A stretch of 64,000 nucleotides of DNA from Bacilli bacterium (GCA_045600585.1 JAZRYE010000032.1:12351-76350); one strand, 5' to 3'. Numbered from the stretch's first letter, positions 10,472 through 19,760 are shown. Made by a program: numbers and translations. Notes: a model not told the origin generated them from the sequence alone.

Positions 10472-11020
10472 TTATTTAATTGGGTTTTCTGCTTGGATAA
10501 CTCCATAGCCACCATCTTTACGATTATAAACAACTGAGATGCGGTCATCTTCTTTGTCTAAATAGAGGAAGAAGTCATGGCCTAATGCATCCATACGAAG
10601 TGCAGCTTCTTCAATTGTCATTGCTTGTAAATAATATGATTTAGCTCTAACGATAACATCTTTTTCTGGATCATCTGGATCTTCTTCAATTTGCGCAAAG
10701 TCAATATTTCTGCCAAGAGATTCTCTATCTGTTCTTCTATCCATTCTAGTTTTGATTTTTCTCATTTGGCCTTCGAGCTTATCAATAGCTAAATCAATAG
10801 CAGCATATAAGTCAGAATCGACAACTTCTGCTCTAATTGGCATCTGTGTAAAGATAGTAATTTCTACCTTTTGTTCTTCCCCGTGTACAGATACAACAGC
10901 ACGGCATTCGACTTCGTCGTTGATTAAGAAGTACTTGTTCATTCTGCTAGTTTTCTTTTCGATAGCAGCTCTAATTCCTTCTGTGATTTCAACGTTCTTT
11001 CCGATAATTTGGTATTTCAT
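10472..11020 (-). CDS. hpf: ribosome hibernation promoting factor (long HPF/YfiA)
   Basis: MKYQIIGKNVEITEGIRAAIEKK N-terminus and 182-aa long-form length. Confidence 0.85.
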   Translation of the reverse strand: MKYQIIGKNVEITEGIRAAIEKKTSRMNKYFLINDEVECRAVVSVHGEEQKVEITIFTQMPIRAEVVDSDLYAAIDLAIDKLEGQMRKIKTRMDRRTDRESLGRNIDFAQIEEDPDDPEKDVIVRAKSYYLQAMTIEEAALRMDALGHDFFLYLDKEDDRISVVYNRKDGGYGVIQAENPIK

Positions 11021-11105
11021 AAAAATACTCCTTTCCCAAAATTATTGTGTACGAACATTTTTGATGATTTTATTATACCACTATTTTTGACATTGGGTTA
11101 TAAAA

Positions 11106-11180
11106 GTAACAAGATTAGTAAAATATTTTACTATTGTTACACTAATAACTATTTGGACATTTGTAATAGTTTTGTCCAAA
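11106..11180. promoter_or_regulatory. two inverted repeats (candidate operator sites) in the promoter region of the first lipoprotein paralog
   Basis: IR1 GTAACAAGATTAGTAAAATATTTTACTATTGTTAC (11106-11140). IR2 TTTGGACA-N13-TGTCCAAA (11152-11180). A TTGACA -35-like hexamer lies at 11086. Confidence 0.4.
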
Positions 11181-11255
11181 AGCGTCATCTAATAATTTAT
11201 ATGAATATAAACAATAATTAAAATAAGGATGAAAAAAATAAAGGAGAAATTTTTA

Positions 11256-11696
11256 ATGAAAAAATTCGTTAAAGGCTTAGCAGTTTTAGGTGTTATGGCT
11301 TCTTTAGTCTCATGTGCTACAAAAACTGACTTCGCTACATTCAAAGAAAAAGCTGAAGCAGCAGCAAAAAAAGAAAGCCCATACACAAAGGCAACTGTTA
11401 AAGGAACATCAAAATCAGGTTCTTCTGAATCTAAAATCAACATTAAATATAGTAAGGGTAATACTTGGGCTCCAGTAGAAAAAGACGACTTAATTGTTGG
11501 AACAGCAATCGCTCTTGTTGTATTTACTCAAAACGTTGTTTTCTATGCAGGTGCTGAAGTTGAAGAAGCAACATATTATGCTGGTTCAACATTCAAATAT
11601 GAATGCAAAGATCTAACTGTCAAATTCAATAAATATGGCCAAGTCACTTCATATGCAGGTGAAGGATACAATTTAACAGTTTCTTACTCTAAATAG
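11256..11696 (+). CDS. small lipoprotein, paralog A (possibly YxeA/DUF1093-like)
   Basis: Lipobox LVSC. The start is set at the second ATG (MKKFVKG), which has an AAGGAG RBS. A terminator hairpin follows at 11717-11745. Confidence 0.7.
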   Translation: MKKFVKGLAVLGVMASLVSCATKTDFATFKEKAEAAAKKESPYTKATVKGTSKSGSSESKINIKYSKGNTWAPVEKDDLIVGTAIALVVFTQNVVFYAGAEVEEATYYAGSTFKYECKDLTVKFNKYGQVTSYAGEGYNLTVSYSK

Positions 11697-11826
11697 TTTG
11701 AATCAATCAACAAAATAAGCTCTCATTTGAGAGCTTTTCTTATTTTCTTCATAAAAACTGCCAATTTGCTTTTTAATTTGAACTAATCTATATAAAATTA
11801 AATTAATTAAGAGAGGTTGATAATTT

Positions 11827-12264
11827 ATGAAAAAATTCGTAAAAGGATTGGCAGTCTTAGGTGTAATGGCTTCTTTAGTTTCATGCGCTACAAAAACTGA
11901 CTTCGCTACATTCAAAGAAAAAGCAGTTGCTGCTGCAAAACAAGAAAGTCCTTATGTCAAAGCTACAGTAAAAGGAACAGCTAAAGACAAAGGCTCAGAA
12001 ACAAAAGTAAACTTCAAATATAACAAAAAAGGATTAATTTGGGTTCCAGCAGAAGCTGATTTAATAGCAACAACTATTGGAGCGGTTGTTTTTACAAATA
12101 ACGTTGTTTTCTATGCAGGCGCTGAAGTTGCTGATGCAACATATTACGTAGGTTCAACATTCAAATATGAACTTGGTGATTTAACTGTTAAATTCAATAA
12201 ATACGGTCAAGTCACTTCTTACGCAGGTGAAGGATACAAATTAACAGTTTCTTATTCTAAGTAA
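11827..12264 (+). CDS. small lipoprotein, paralog B (tandem duplicate of 11256..11696)
   Basis: The N-terminal 33 aa and C-terminal 25 aa are identical to paralog A and the middle is diverged. Own RBS AGAGAGG and terminator CCCACAATGTGGG. Confidence 0.7.
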   Translation: MKKFVKGLAVLGVMASLVSCATKTDFATFKEKAVAAAKQESPYVKATVKGTAKDKGSETKVNFKYNKKGLIWVPAEADLIATTIGAVVFTNNVVFYAGAEVADATYYVGSTFKYELGDLTVKFNKYGQVTSYAGEGYKLTVSYSK

Positions 12265-12288
12265 AAGAAAACCCACATTGTGGGAATT

Positions 12289-13179
12289 CTATTTAAAGTA
12301 GATATAAATGCCATAGCCATATCCAAATGGTTTATGGCTTTTTATATGCTCGATATATTTTCTTCTTAATGATGTATTATTTGGCAAATGATTTGGATCT
12401 CCATCATATAATGTGTCAAATAATCTCCAGATTTCGTTATAATCACTATTATCACCACTTTCGAATAAATCGTAATTGGAAGCAAATTTGGCGATATTAG
12501 AATCTTTACCAGCGAATTCTACAGTTGTCGGGTAAAGTAACCAGGAGTGGCAAGTAAATGCTACATAGCCTTTATCAAAATATTTAAAGAAGAATTCACT
12601 TGCTGATTTATATGATTCATCAACTTCTTCTTTTAATAATTTAGTTTCGGTTCTTGGAATATGGACATTTAAAACATAATCACCTTGTTTTACTTTAACT
12701 ATGCTATTTTGATATGTCCTATCAAATTTTCCTAATTCAAATTGTAGTCTACCAAATGTAAATCTTTTTAATTGATAGAAACCTTCATACCAACCTCTAG
12801 TAGATATGCCACATCGACCATAGCAAAGTTTGCATTCTTTTACTTTGTAAAGAATATCCTTAACAGTATTATTCCATATATCTAAAGAAATATTATTTTT
12901 GATGTAATATTCTTTCAAGATTTCAGTTAATGAAATAAGAACTATTAAACGATAAGAATATAAATCAATATTAGTTACTTTAGAAATTTCCTCAGTTTTA
13001 ATAAGCAAGTCTTTAAAAGAATAATGGATATCTTTCTTATATGAATCTTCGATAGTTTCTAATTGCCTTTTAGCAATATCGTTATTCATAACAGTATCAA
13101 AAATATCCAATATTTCGTTTTGGAATTCTATTGGATATTCTTGGATGAATAAAAAGTTTTTTAAATATTCTAAAGTCAT
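12289..13179 (-). CDS. hypothetical protein co-transcribed with metK (Cys-rich motif KECKLCYGRCG)
   Basis: 296-aa ORF starting 5 nt after the metK stop. No recognisable family. Confidence 0.55.
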   Translation of the reverse strand: MTLEYLKNFLFIQEYPIEFQNEILDIFDTVMNNDIAKRQLETIEDSYKKDIHYSFKDLLIKTEEISKVTNIDLYSYRLIVLISLTEILKEYYIKNNISLDIWNNTVKDILYKVKECKLCYGRCGISTRGWYEGFYQLKRFTFGRLQFELGKFDRTYQNSIVKVKQGDYVLNVHIPRTETKLLKEEVDESYKSASEFFFKYFDKGYVAFTCHSWLLYPTTVEFAGKDSNIAKFASNYDLFESGDNSDYNEIWRLFDTLYDGDPNHLPNNTSLRRKYIEHIKSHKPFGYGYGIYIYFK

Positions 13180-13183
13180 TTAA

Positions 13184-14356
13184 TTACCAAAGAAGATTTC
13201 TAATTTCCTGTACTTTATCAAGTTTTTCCCAAGGGAGGTCTAAGTCAGGACGACCAAAATGACCATAGTTAGTTAATTTATGATATTCAAATGATGGATT
13301 AGTCATTGAGAAGTTTTTGCTAATCATACCAGGACGGCAATCAAATACTTTTCTCACAACTTCTAATATTTGCTCATCGCTATATTTAGCGGTCTTATAA
13401 GTTTTAATATTAATTGATAAAGGTTCTGGAACACCAATTGCATATGCGAGTTGAACTTGTAAACGATCAGCAACTCCTGCTGCCACTAAGTTTTTAGCTA
13501 TATATCTTGCCATATATGAAGCTGTTCTATCTACTTTAGTAGGGTCTTTACCTGAGAAAGCTCCTCCACCATGTTCAGCAGAACCACCATAAGTATCGAC
13601 AATTATTTTTCTACCAGTAACACCAGTATCACCTTTAGGACCGCCAATAACAAATCTACCAGTTGGATTAATAAATACTTTGTAATTTGTATTTAAGCCA
13701 AAGGATTTAGCGACTTTATCCATGATTTCTTCTTTAATATATTTCTTAAATTCAATCATATTAACATCTTCATCGTGTTGGACAGACATTAAGATTGTGT
13801 CGATTTTAATATTATTTGCGTCTGTATAATCAATTGTAACTTGGCTCTTCATATCAGGTCTTGCACCCTTAAATAAGCCTTCTTTTCTTAATCTTGTTGC
13901 TTCTCTAACTAATTTATGAGCAATGGAAATAGCTAAAGGCATATATCCTTCTGTTTCTTTTGTCGCATAGCCAAACATAATGCCTTGATCACCTGCTCCA
14001 ACCTCTTCTGGTTTTTGTTGAGAAACACCCATATTAATATCACTACTTTGTCTTTTGACTCTAATTTCAATTTCAACTGTGTGATAATCAGTTCCTAATT
14101 CTGGGCGATCATAACCAATGTCTTTTAAGACATCTTTAACGATTTTGACATAATCAGGTTGAACATTACATGTAATTTCTCCCCCAATTAATACAAAATT
14201 ATCACTTGCAAATACTTCACAAGCAACGTGACTTTTTGGATCGGCTTTTAAGCATGCATCTAAGATTGCATCAGCGATTTGGTCACATACTTTGTCAGGA
14301 TGGCCTTCAGAAACAGATTCTGAAGTAAATAATAATTTTTCTTTGCTCATATTCAT
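13184..14356 (-). CDS. metK: S-adenosylmethionine synthetase
   Basis: GHPDKVCDQIADAILDACL and the full MetK architecture. Confidence 0.95.
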   Translation of the reverse strand: MNMSKEKLLFTSESVSEGHPDKVCDQIADAILDACLKADPKSHVACEVFASDNFVLIGGEITCNVQPDYVKIVKDVLKDIGYDRPELGTDYHTVEIEIRVKRQSSDINMGVSQQKPEEVGAGDQGIMFGYATKETEGYMPLAISIAHKLVREATRLRKEGLFKGARPDMKSQVTIDYTDANNIKIDTILMSVQHDEDVNMIEFKKYIKEEIMDKVAKSFGLNTNYKVFINPTGRFVIGGPKGDTGVTGRKIIVDTYGGSAEHGGGAFSGKDPTKVDRTASYMARYIAKNLVAAGVADRLQVQLAYAIGVPEPLSINIKTYKTAKYSDEQILEVVRKVFDCRPGMISKNFSMTNPSFEYHKLTNYGHFGRPDLDLPWEKLDKVQEIRNLLW

Positions 14357-14365
14357 AAGCTCCTA

Positions 14366-14525
14366 TAAAAAATGCCTCCCCATAATGATGGAAAGGCATA
14401 ATCATTTCTTCCTTTACTCATCGCTCAGAGTTATGGGACTCTGCTAGAGAAGAGCACTTACTCATTGCTGAGAGTTGCTACCACGATATTTCATTCTCTT
14501 TTCCGTGGTTCTTGATAAGTGTGCT
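14366..14525 (-). ncRNA. SAM-I (S-box) riboswitch leader of metK, divergent, with terminator expression platform
   Basis: Minus-strand RNA begins CUUAUCAAGA (P1 5') and contains GCAAC, AGUGC...GCAG and GAUGAG (P1 3'). It ends in hairpin AUGCCUUUCCAUCAUUAUGGGGAGGCAU plus UUUUUUAU just before the AGGAG RBS of metK. The GGAGGGA/GGCCC core is not canonical. Confidence 0.55.
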
Positions 14526-14556
14526 TATATTATATCTAATGTTTTTCTTTTTTCAA

Positions 14557-15240
14557 TTATCTTTTACGAACAACTAGTTCTGGTTTATTTAATGTAACTT
14601 TATGATCATCCGGGATGCTTTCAAGTAAGAAGACATTTGATCCAATAACACAATTATTGCCAATGGTAATATCTCCTAAAATAGAAGCTCCTGAATAGAT
14701 CGTGACATTATTTAATACAGTTGGATGTCTTTTTGTTCCCTTTAGTTCAATACCTTTAGCAAGAGATAACGCTCCTAAAGTAACGCCTTGATAAATCTTA
14801 ACAAAGTTACCAATAATTGCAGTTTCACCAATGACAATACCAGTTCCATGGTCAATAAAGAATGGGGAACCAATTTGAGCGCCTGGATGGATATCAATTC
14901 CAGTTAAGAAATGCGCCTCTTCAGAGATGATTCTGGCTGTTACTTTCATATCCATTTCATAGAAAATATGAGCAATTCTATGATAAGCTATAGCCCTGAA
15001 TCCTGGATAACACGCAATTACTTCATCTTTATCATCAACGGCAGGATCACTTAATAAAAAGAATTCTAAGTCATTAATTAAAGCATAATGTGCTTGCTTA
15101 ATTTTCATTAAGAAGACATTCCAATTAATTGGAGAAGTAGTCGCACCTGGTAAAAATGGAATTAAATTAATATAGTTATCATTTAAGATTCCTTCATAAG
15201 TTTGCTTAGCAAATTCTATTGCTTCGTTTTTATTTACCAT
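14557..15240 (-). CDS. cysE: serine O-acetyltransferase
   Basis: Hexapeptide-repeat region with CysE-specific YPGFRAIAYHRIAH...FFIDHGTGIVIGETA. Confidence 0.85.
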   Translation of the reverse strand: MVNKNEAIEFAKQTYEGILNDNYINLIPFLPGATTSPINWNVFLMKIKQAHYALINDLEFFLLSDPAVDDKDEVIACYPGFRAIAYHRIAHIFYEMDMKVTARIISEEAHFLTGIDIHPGAQIGSPFFIDHGTGIVIGETAIIGNFVKIYQGVTLGALSLAKGIELKGTKRHPTVLNNVTIYSGASILGDITIGNNCVIGSNVFLLESIPDDHKVTLNKPELVVRKR

Positions 15241-16121
15241 GTATATCTATCTCCTTTATCAGGGAATATCACTACTACTGCATCGTTTTTTAGTTTCTTT
15301 TCTAAAGCATAAGATAATGCACCGGTTAATGCCGCTCCACTAGAAATGCCACAGTCAATGCCTTCGATATCTCTAATCGCTCTTGCATAGTCAATAGACA
15401 TTTGATCATCAACATCAGCGATGCAGTTAATAATAGATAAATCTAATATTGATGGAATAAAGTTTGCCCCAATACCTTGAATTTTATGTGGGTGAGCTTC
15501 ACCTTTAGATAATAAAGGAGATTGAGCAGGTTCAACTCCAATGACCTTAATATCTAAATTGTGTTCTTTGATATATCTACCAATACCAGTAATAGTCCCA
15601 CCAGTGCCAATACCTGCGACAACATATTTAACATCTGGACAATCTTTAATGATTTCTTCCATTGTTTGATAATGAGCTAAGTAGTTACTTGGTTGATTAA
15701 ATTGGTCGAATAAGAATGAATTAGGTGTTTCTTTGACTAATTCTAAAGCTTTTTCTTCAGCTTCTTTCATGCCTCCATCAACAAGGACGAGTTCTGCTCC
15801 ATATTGGGCAATCATATCTCTTCTTTGTTTAGACATGGAACTTGGCATGACAATCACGCATTTATATTTAAATATATTTGAATAATAGGATAAAGAAATA
15901 CCAGTATTGCCAGATGTAGCCTCGATAATTGTGTATTTCTCTAAATCTAAATCCTTTTGGTAATTTAGAAGCATGTTATAAACAGTCCTATCTTTAATAG
16001 AGCCTGTTGGGTTAGAATTTTCTACTTTTGCCCATAATTGGAATTTTAATTTGCAAGCAGATTCAATTCCCATTAATTCAAAACATTCAGTATTTCCTGG
16101 AATATAATCTTCAAAATTCAT
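15234..16121 (-). CDS. cysK: cysteine synthase / O-acetylserine sulfhydrylase (PLP fold type II)
   Basis: PLP-lysine motif SIKDR and glycine-rich loops GTGGT. Confidence 0.8.
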   Translation of the reverse strand: MNFEDYIPGNTECFELMGIESACKLKFQLWAKVENSNPTGSIKDRTVYNMLLNYQKDLDLEKYTIIEATSGNTGISLSYYSNIFKYKCVIVMPSSMSKQRRDMIAQYGAELVLVDGGMKEAEEKALELVKETPNSFLFDQFNQPSNYLAHYQTMEEIIKDCPDVKYVVAGIGTGGTITGIGRYIKEHNLDIKVIGVEPAQSPLLSKGEAHPHKIQGIGANFIPSILDLSIINCIADVDDQMSIDYARAIRDIEGIDCGISSGAALTGALSYALEKKLKNDAVVVIFPDKGDRYTW

Positions 16122-16181
16122 AACAATATATTATCACACTTTCTTATAGAAAAGCACTTCGATTTGAAGTGCTTATTCTTA

Positions 16182-16430
16182 TTATTTAGATGATTCTTCT
16201 AAAGCTTTAGATAATTGGTCAGGACAAGATGTTGGACGACCATTGCAACTAATACCTTTTAATCTACTCACGACATCTTCGACTTTCATTCCGATAACTA
16301 AAGATGAGATACCTTGCGTATTACCATTACATCCTCCAATGAATTGGCATTTTGTAATGATTCCATCTTCGTGTTCGACAATGATTTTACGTGAGCAAAC
16401 TCCATGTGGAGTAAACTCAATTCTTGGCAT
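16182..16430 (-). CDS. TSCPD-domain protein
   Basis: Literal RPTSCPDQL motif of the TSCPD domain. 82 aa with four conserved Cys. Confidence 0.65.
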   Translation of the reverse strand: MPRIEFTPHGVCSRKIIVEHEDGIITKCQFIGGCNGNTQGISSLVIGMKVEDVVSRLKGISCNGRPTSCPDQLSKALEESSK

Positions 16431-16432
16431 AA

Positions 16433-17002
16433 TTATTTAACTAAAGTTCCGTAGACAACACCGGCAGCACTTGCAGCGTTGCATTCATCTGTATCGATGT
16501 GACATGCTAATGCGAAGTCATCTCTAACTCTAACAACGACATCACCAAATGTTAATGCTCTACCATTTGTATCGAGTTTGAGTTCAACGATTTGACCATT
16601 TGTAACACCGAATTCAGCAGCGTCTGCTGAAGTCATATGGATGTGACGTTTTGCAACGATGACGCCTTCAGCAAGTTCAACTTCACCACAAGGTCCAACG
16701 AGTTTGCATGGAGCAGAGCCAGCAACATCACCGCTTTCTCTAACTGGAGCAACGATGCCTAATGTTCTTGCATCAGAGAAAGAAACTTCAACTTGATTAG
16801 CTTTTCTAACTGGTCCTAAGATTGAGCAATTTAATGCGCCTTTAGGTCCGATAACTTGTACTTTTTGATTAGATGCGAATTGACCAGGTTGGCTTAACAT
16901 CTTTTTAACTTCTAACTGTGCACCTGCACCGAATAATACTTCAAGAGCTTCTTGAGTAACGTGAACGTGTCTTGCACTTGTTTCAACGAGAATTTGTTTC
17001 AT
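16433..17002 (-). CDS. pduL: PduL-type phosphotransacylase (phosphate acetyl/propanoyltransferase)
   Basis: Two PduL repeats each with the RH(V/I)H metal site: SARHVHVTQEALEVLFG and AKRHIHMTSADAAEFG. Confidence 0.7.
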   Translation of the reverse strand: MKQILVETSARHVHVTQEALEVLFGAGAQLEVKKMLSQPGQFASNQKVQVIGPKGALNCSILGPVRKANQVEVSFSDARTLGIVAPVRESGDVAGSAPCKLVGPCGEVELAEGVIVAKRHIHMTSADAAEFGVTNGQIVELKLDTNGRALTFGDVVVRVRDDFALACHIDTDECNAASAAGVVYGTLVK

Positions 17003-17140
17003 ATATAATTTCCTCTTTTTTCCGTTATCTATTTTAACAAAGTTAATAAAAAAGTATATAAGAAACGCGTAGAAAGTATTTTTTAATTGATTTTTATTTG
17101 GTAAAAGTTAAAACTTAAAAAGAGCAAAGGAGGAAGACAT

Positions 17141-18583
17141 ATGGAAGAACTAGTCGATTTAGAAGGTTTAAATGAAAAACTTCATGAAGCAATTGTTAAT
17201 AGGCAGGCATCTGCTCTTCGAGAAATTTTCGAAGTAACACCAGCAATCGATATTGCAGAAGCAATGGAAGAAGTCGACAAAGTTGAAGACTTCATCTATA
17301 TTTTCCGTGTCGTTCCTGCAGAATACACAAGTGATTTCTTTGCCGAATTAACAGATGATCAACAAGAATTAATCATTAAATCTCTATCAGATAAAGAACT
17401 TATCAAACTTCTTGAAAACTCTTTCTCTGATGATATTGCTGATGCACTTGATGATATGCCTGCTAATTTAATTAGTAGAGTTTTAAAAGTTGCACCAAGC
17501 GATATTCGTAAAGATATTAACCAATTATTAAAGTATAAAGACAACACTGCTGGTTCTTTGATGCAGACCGAATATATTTCAATGCGCAATACAACAACTG
17601 TTGAAGATGCAATTAAAACAGTTAGAAAGATTGGCAAGGATGTTGAAACTGTTTATACAATTTTCGTCAAAGATTCAAAGCGTACTTTAGTTGGTACAGT
17701 TCTCCTTGATGATTTGTTATTCGCTGAAAATGATGAAACACTAGAAAATATCATGGATCGTGACTTTGTCACATGTAATGTTAACGACGACCAAGAAGAT
17801 GTTGCTAATGCATTCAAACGTTATGACTTAACATCTATGGCGGTTGTTAATAATGAGAACAAAATTCTTGGCATCATTACTGTTGACGACGTTGTCGATG
17901 TTCTTGTTGATGAAGCTACTGAAGATATCGCCCACTTAGCGCAAATCTCCAGCATGGAAACACCATATTTAAAAACTCATGTATTCAAGATTGTTTTAAA
18001 GTGTTTGCCTTGGATTATTTGCTTAATGATTTTACAAGTATTCTCAACAATGATTCTTTCTGGATTTGATGAAGAAATTGCAAAATTCGCATTATTATCT
18101 GTCTTCACTCCATTAATTATGGATGCAGGTGGTAACTCAGGTGGACAAACCACTACTATGATTGTTCGTTCTTTATCACTTGATGAATTTGATAAAGGTG
18201 ATTTTAAACGTGTTATTTGGAAAGAATTGCGCGTTGCTTCTTGTGTGGCTGCATGTGTTTCAACATTTGCCTTTGGTTGGTTATTATTAGAAATGACGGT
18301 TGGCATTGTTGATGTAAAAGCATATTTACCAGTAGTTCAGAATCTTGATAAAACCGGATTAATGCTTGTCATTGCTGGTTTAGTATCAGGAACATTATTT
18401 GTCACAATGATTATTTCAAGAATGGTTGGCTGTATGCTTCCATTCTTAGCAAAAAAATTAAAGTTAGATCCAGCCGTTATGTGTGGACCTTTAACAACTA
18501 CAATGGTTGATATTGTTTCTTTATTAACATATTTCTTCCTTTGGACTGAAATTTTCTTACCAATTGTTGGTTTAGCTGTATAG
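17141..18583 (+). CDS. mgtE: magnesium transporter MgtE
   Basis: MgtE N-domain, tandem CBS domains and C-terminal 5-TM domain with the GGNSGGQ-like motif. Confidence 0.9.
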   Translation: MEELVDLEGLNEKLHEAIVNRQASALREIFEVTPAIDIAEAMEEVDKVEDFIYIFRVVPAEYTSDFFAELTDDQQELIIKSLSDKELIKLLENSFSDDIADALDDMPANLISRVLKVAPSDIRKDINQLLKYKDNTAGSLMQTEYISMRNTTTVEDAIKTVRKIGKDVETVYTIFVKDSKRTLVGTVLLDDLLFAENDETLENIMDRDFVTCNVNDDQEDVANAFKRYDLTSMAVVNNENKILGIITVDDVVDVLVDEATEDIAHLAQISSMETPYLKTHVFKIVLKCLPWIICLMILQVFSTMILSGFDEEIAKFALLSVFTPLIMDAGGNSGGQTTTMIVRSLSLDEFDKGDFKRVIWKELRVASCVAACVSTFAFGWLLLEMTVGIVDVKAYLPVVQNLDKTGLMLVIAGLVSGTLFVTMIISRMVGCMLPFLAKKLKLDPAVMCGPLTTTMVDIVSLLTYFFLWTEIFLPIVGLAV

Positions 18584-18584
18584 G

Positions 18585-19085
18585 ATGAATAAGAATAATT
18601 CAAACTTTATAGAAATACTTAAATTTATTGTTACTGGTGTAGTCTGTGCTTTACTGGATTATTTAACTTGCCAATTAGTATTAAAGCTATGTGCTTCATT
18701 AAATGATACTTGGAGCATGATTATATCCACTACTGCAGGATTCATTATTGGGGTTATTGGTAATTATTTCCTATCTACTTATTGGGTATTTAAAGGCAAA
18801 CAAGATAGTAAAACAGTTAAATCAATATTATTTATTATTAAATTCGTTTTGTTATCAATTGTTGGCTTATTGCTTAGTGTTGGAACAATGAGCGTTTGTC
18901 AAATCATTTGCAATAAGGCATGGAACATTGACATATCAATTAGCCAATTAAATAAAATATTTACATTCACATTCTGGGGTGATGTTGTTTTTTGGGCATA
19001 TTTCATTTCATTCTGTTTAAGAACATTAGTTGGTTTAGTTTGGAATTATCTCACAAGAAAGCATATTCTTTATAAGAAAAAATAG
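18585..19085 (+). CDS. GtrA-family membrane protein (polysaccharide-synthesis-associated flippase-like)
   Basis: Four transmembrane segments. GtrA-like N-terminus KFIVTGVVCALLDYL. Begins 2 nt after the mgtE stop. Confidence 0.65.
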   Translation: MNKNNSNFIEILKFIVTGVVCALLDYLTCQLVLKLCASLNDTWSMIISTTAGFIIGVIGNYFLSTYWVFKGKQDSKTVKSILFIIKFVLLSIVGLLLSVGTMSVCQIICNKAWNIDISISQLNKIFTFTFWGDVVFWAYFISFCLRTLVGLVWNYLTRKHILYKKK

Positions 19086-19140
19086 CATTTCCTTATTAAA
19101 AAAACATATATTAGACTTTTTCATATATAGTGATAGAATA

Positions 19141-19641
19141 ATGAACAGAAAGGGGATTTATTTAATCATGAAATTAACAATCAAAAACATTTTAGTTTGG
19201 TGTGCTGGTTTATTAGCAATCGTAGCATTCTTCATGATGTTTGCAAATGCTATTAAATACGATAATGGAATCGCAGGCATCGCATACAGATCAGGAACAG
19301 ATGTTTTATTCGGATGTAAAGAAGGATTAATTCAATATGAAGGTGCTGTTGGTTCATTCATTGGTTATCTTTTAGTTTTAATCGGTGGCATTTGTGCAGT
19401 TGTCATCTCTTTCATTATGAAAGATGAAAAAATGGCTAAAATCATTACATTAGCAGCTGCAGCATTAATCTTAGTTGGTGCTATTTTAGTATTCTGTGAA
19501 AAAGCAATGTTCTATGGTGCAAACAATGTCGAAGCTCCAAGCAATGCTTCATTAGCAGCTGGTCCAGTTGTTGCTGGTATCATGGCAATCATCTCTGCTG
19601 GCGCTTTAGCAGTTTCACAACTTGTTAAATTAGGTAAATAA
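19141..19641 (+). CDS. hypothetical integral membrane protein
   Basis: 166 aa with four hydrophobic helices. Terminator hairpin GGCACTC-N4-GAGTGTC plus T-run at 19664-19694. Confidence 0.55.
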   Translation: MNRKGIYLIMKLTIKNILVWCAGLLAIVAFFMMFANAIKYDNGIAGIAYRSGTDVLFGCKEGLIQYEGAVGSFIGYLLVLIGGICAVVISFIMKDEKMAKIITLAAAALILVGAILVFCEKAMFYGANNVEAPSNASLAAGPVVAGIMAIISAGALAVSQLVKLGK

Positions 19642-19760
19642 TCTAACTGATTTTATTAACATTAAGGCACTCGATTGAGTGTCTTTTTGTTTTCTGATTA
19701 AATATAAATATTGTATTTTTATTTGCTTTTGCTAAAATAATCAAGCATACAAAATGCAAT

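Noticed and set aside
11189-11915. Minus-strand ORFs 11189-11443 and 11703-11915 sharing the peptide NVAKSVFVAHETKEAITPKTA
   Set aside because: They are antisense to the conserved N-terminal coding region of the two lipoprotein paralogs. The shared peptide is a mirror artefact of the duplication, and neither has an RBS.
17003-17140. Possible M-box riboswitch upstream of mgtE
   Set aside because: The intergenic region is only 138 bp and AT-rich. It has none of the M-box conserved segments and no terminator.
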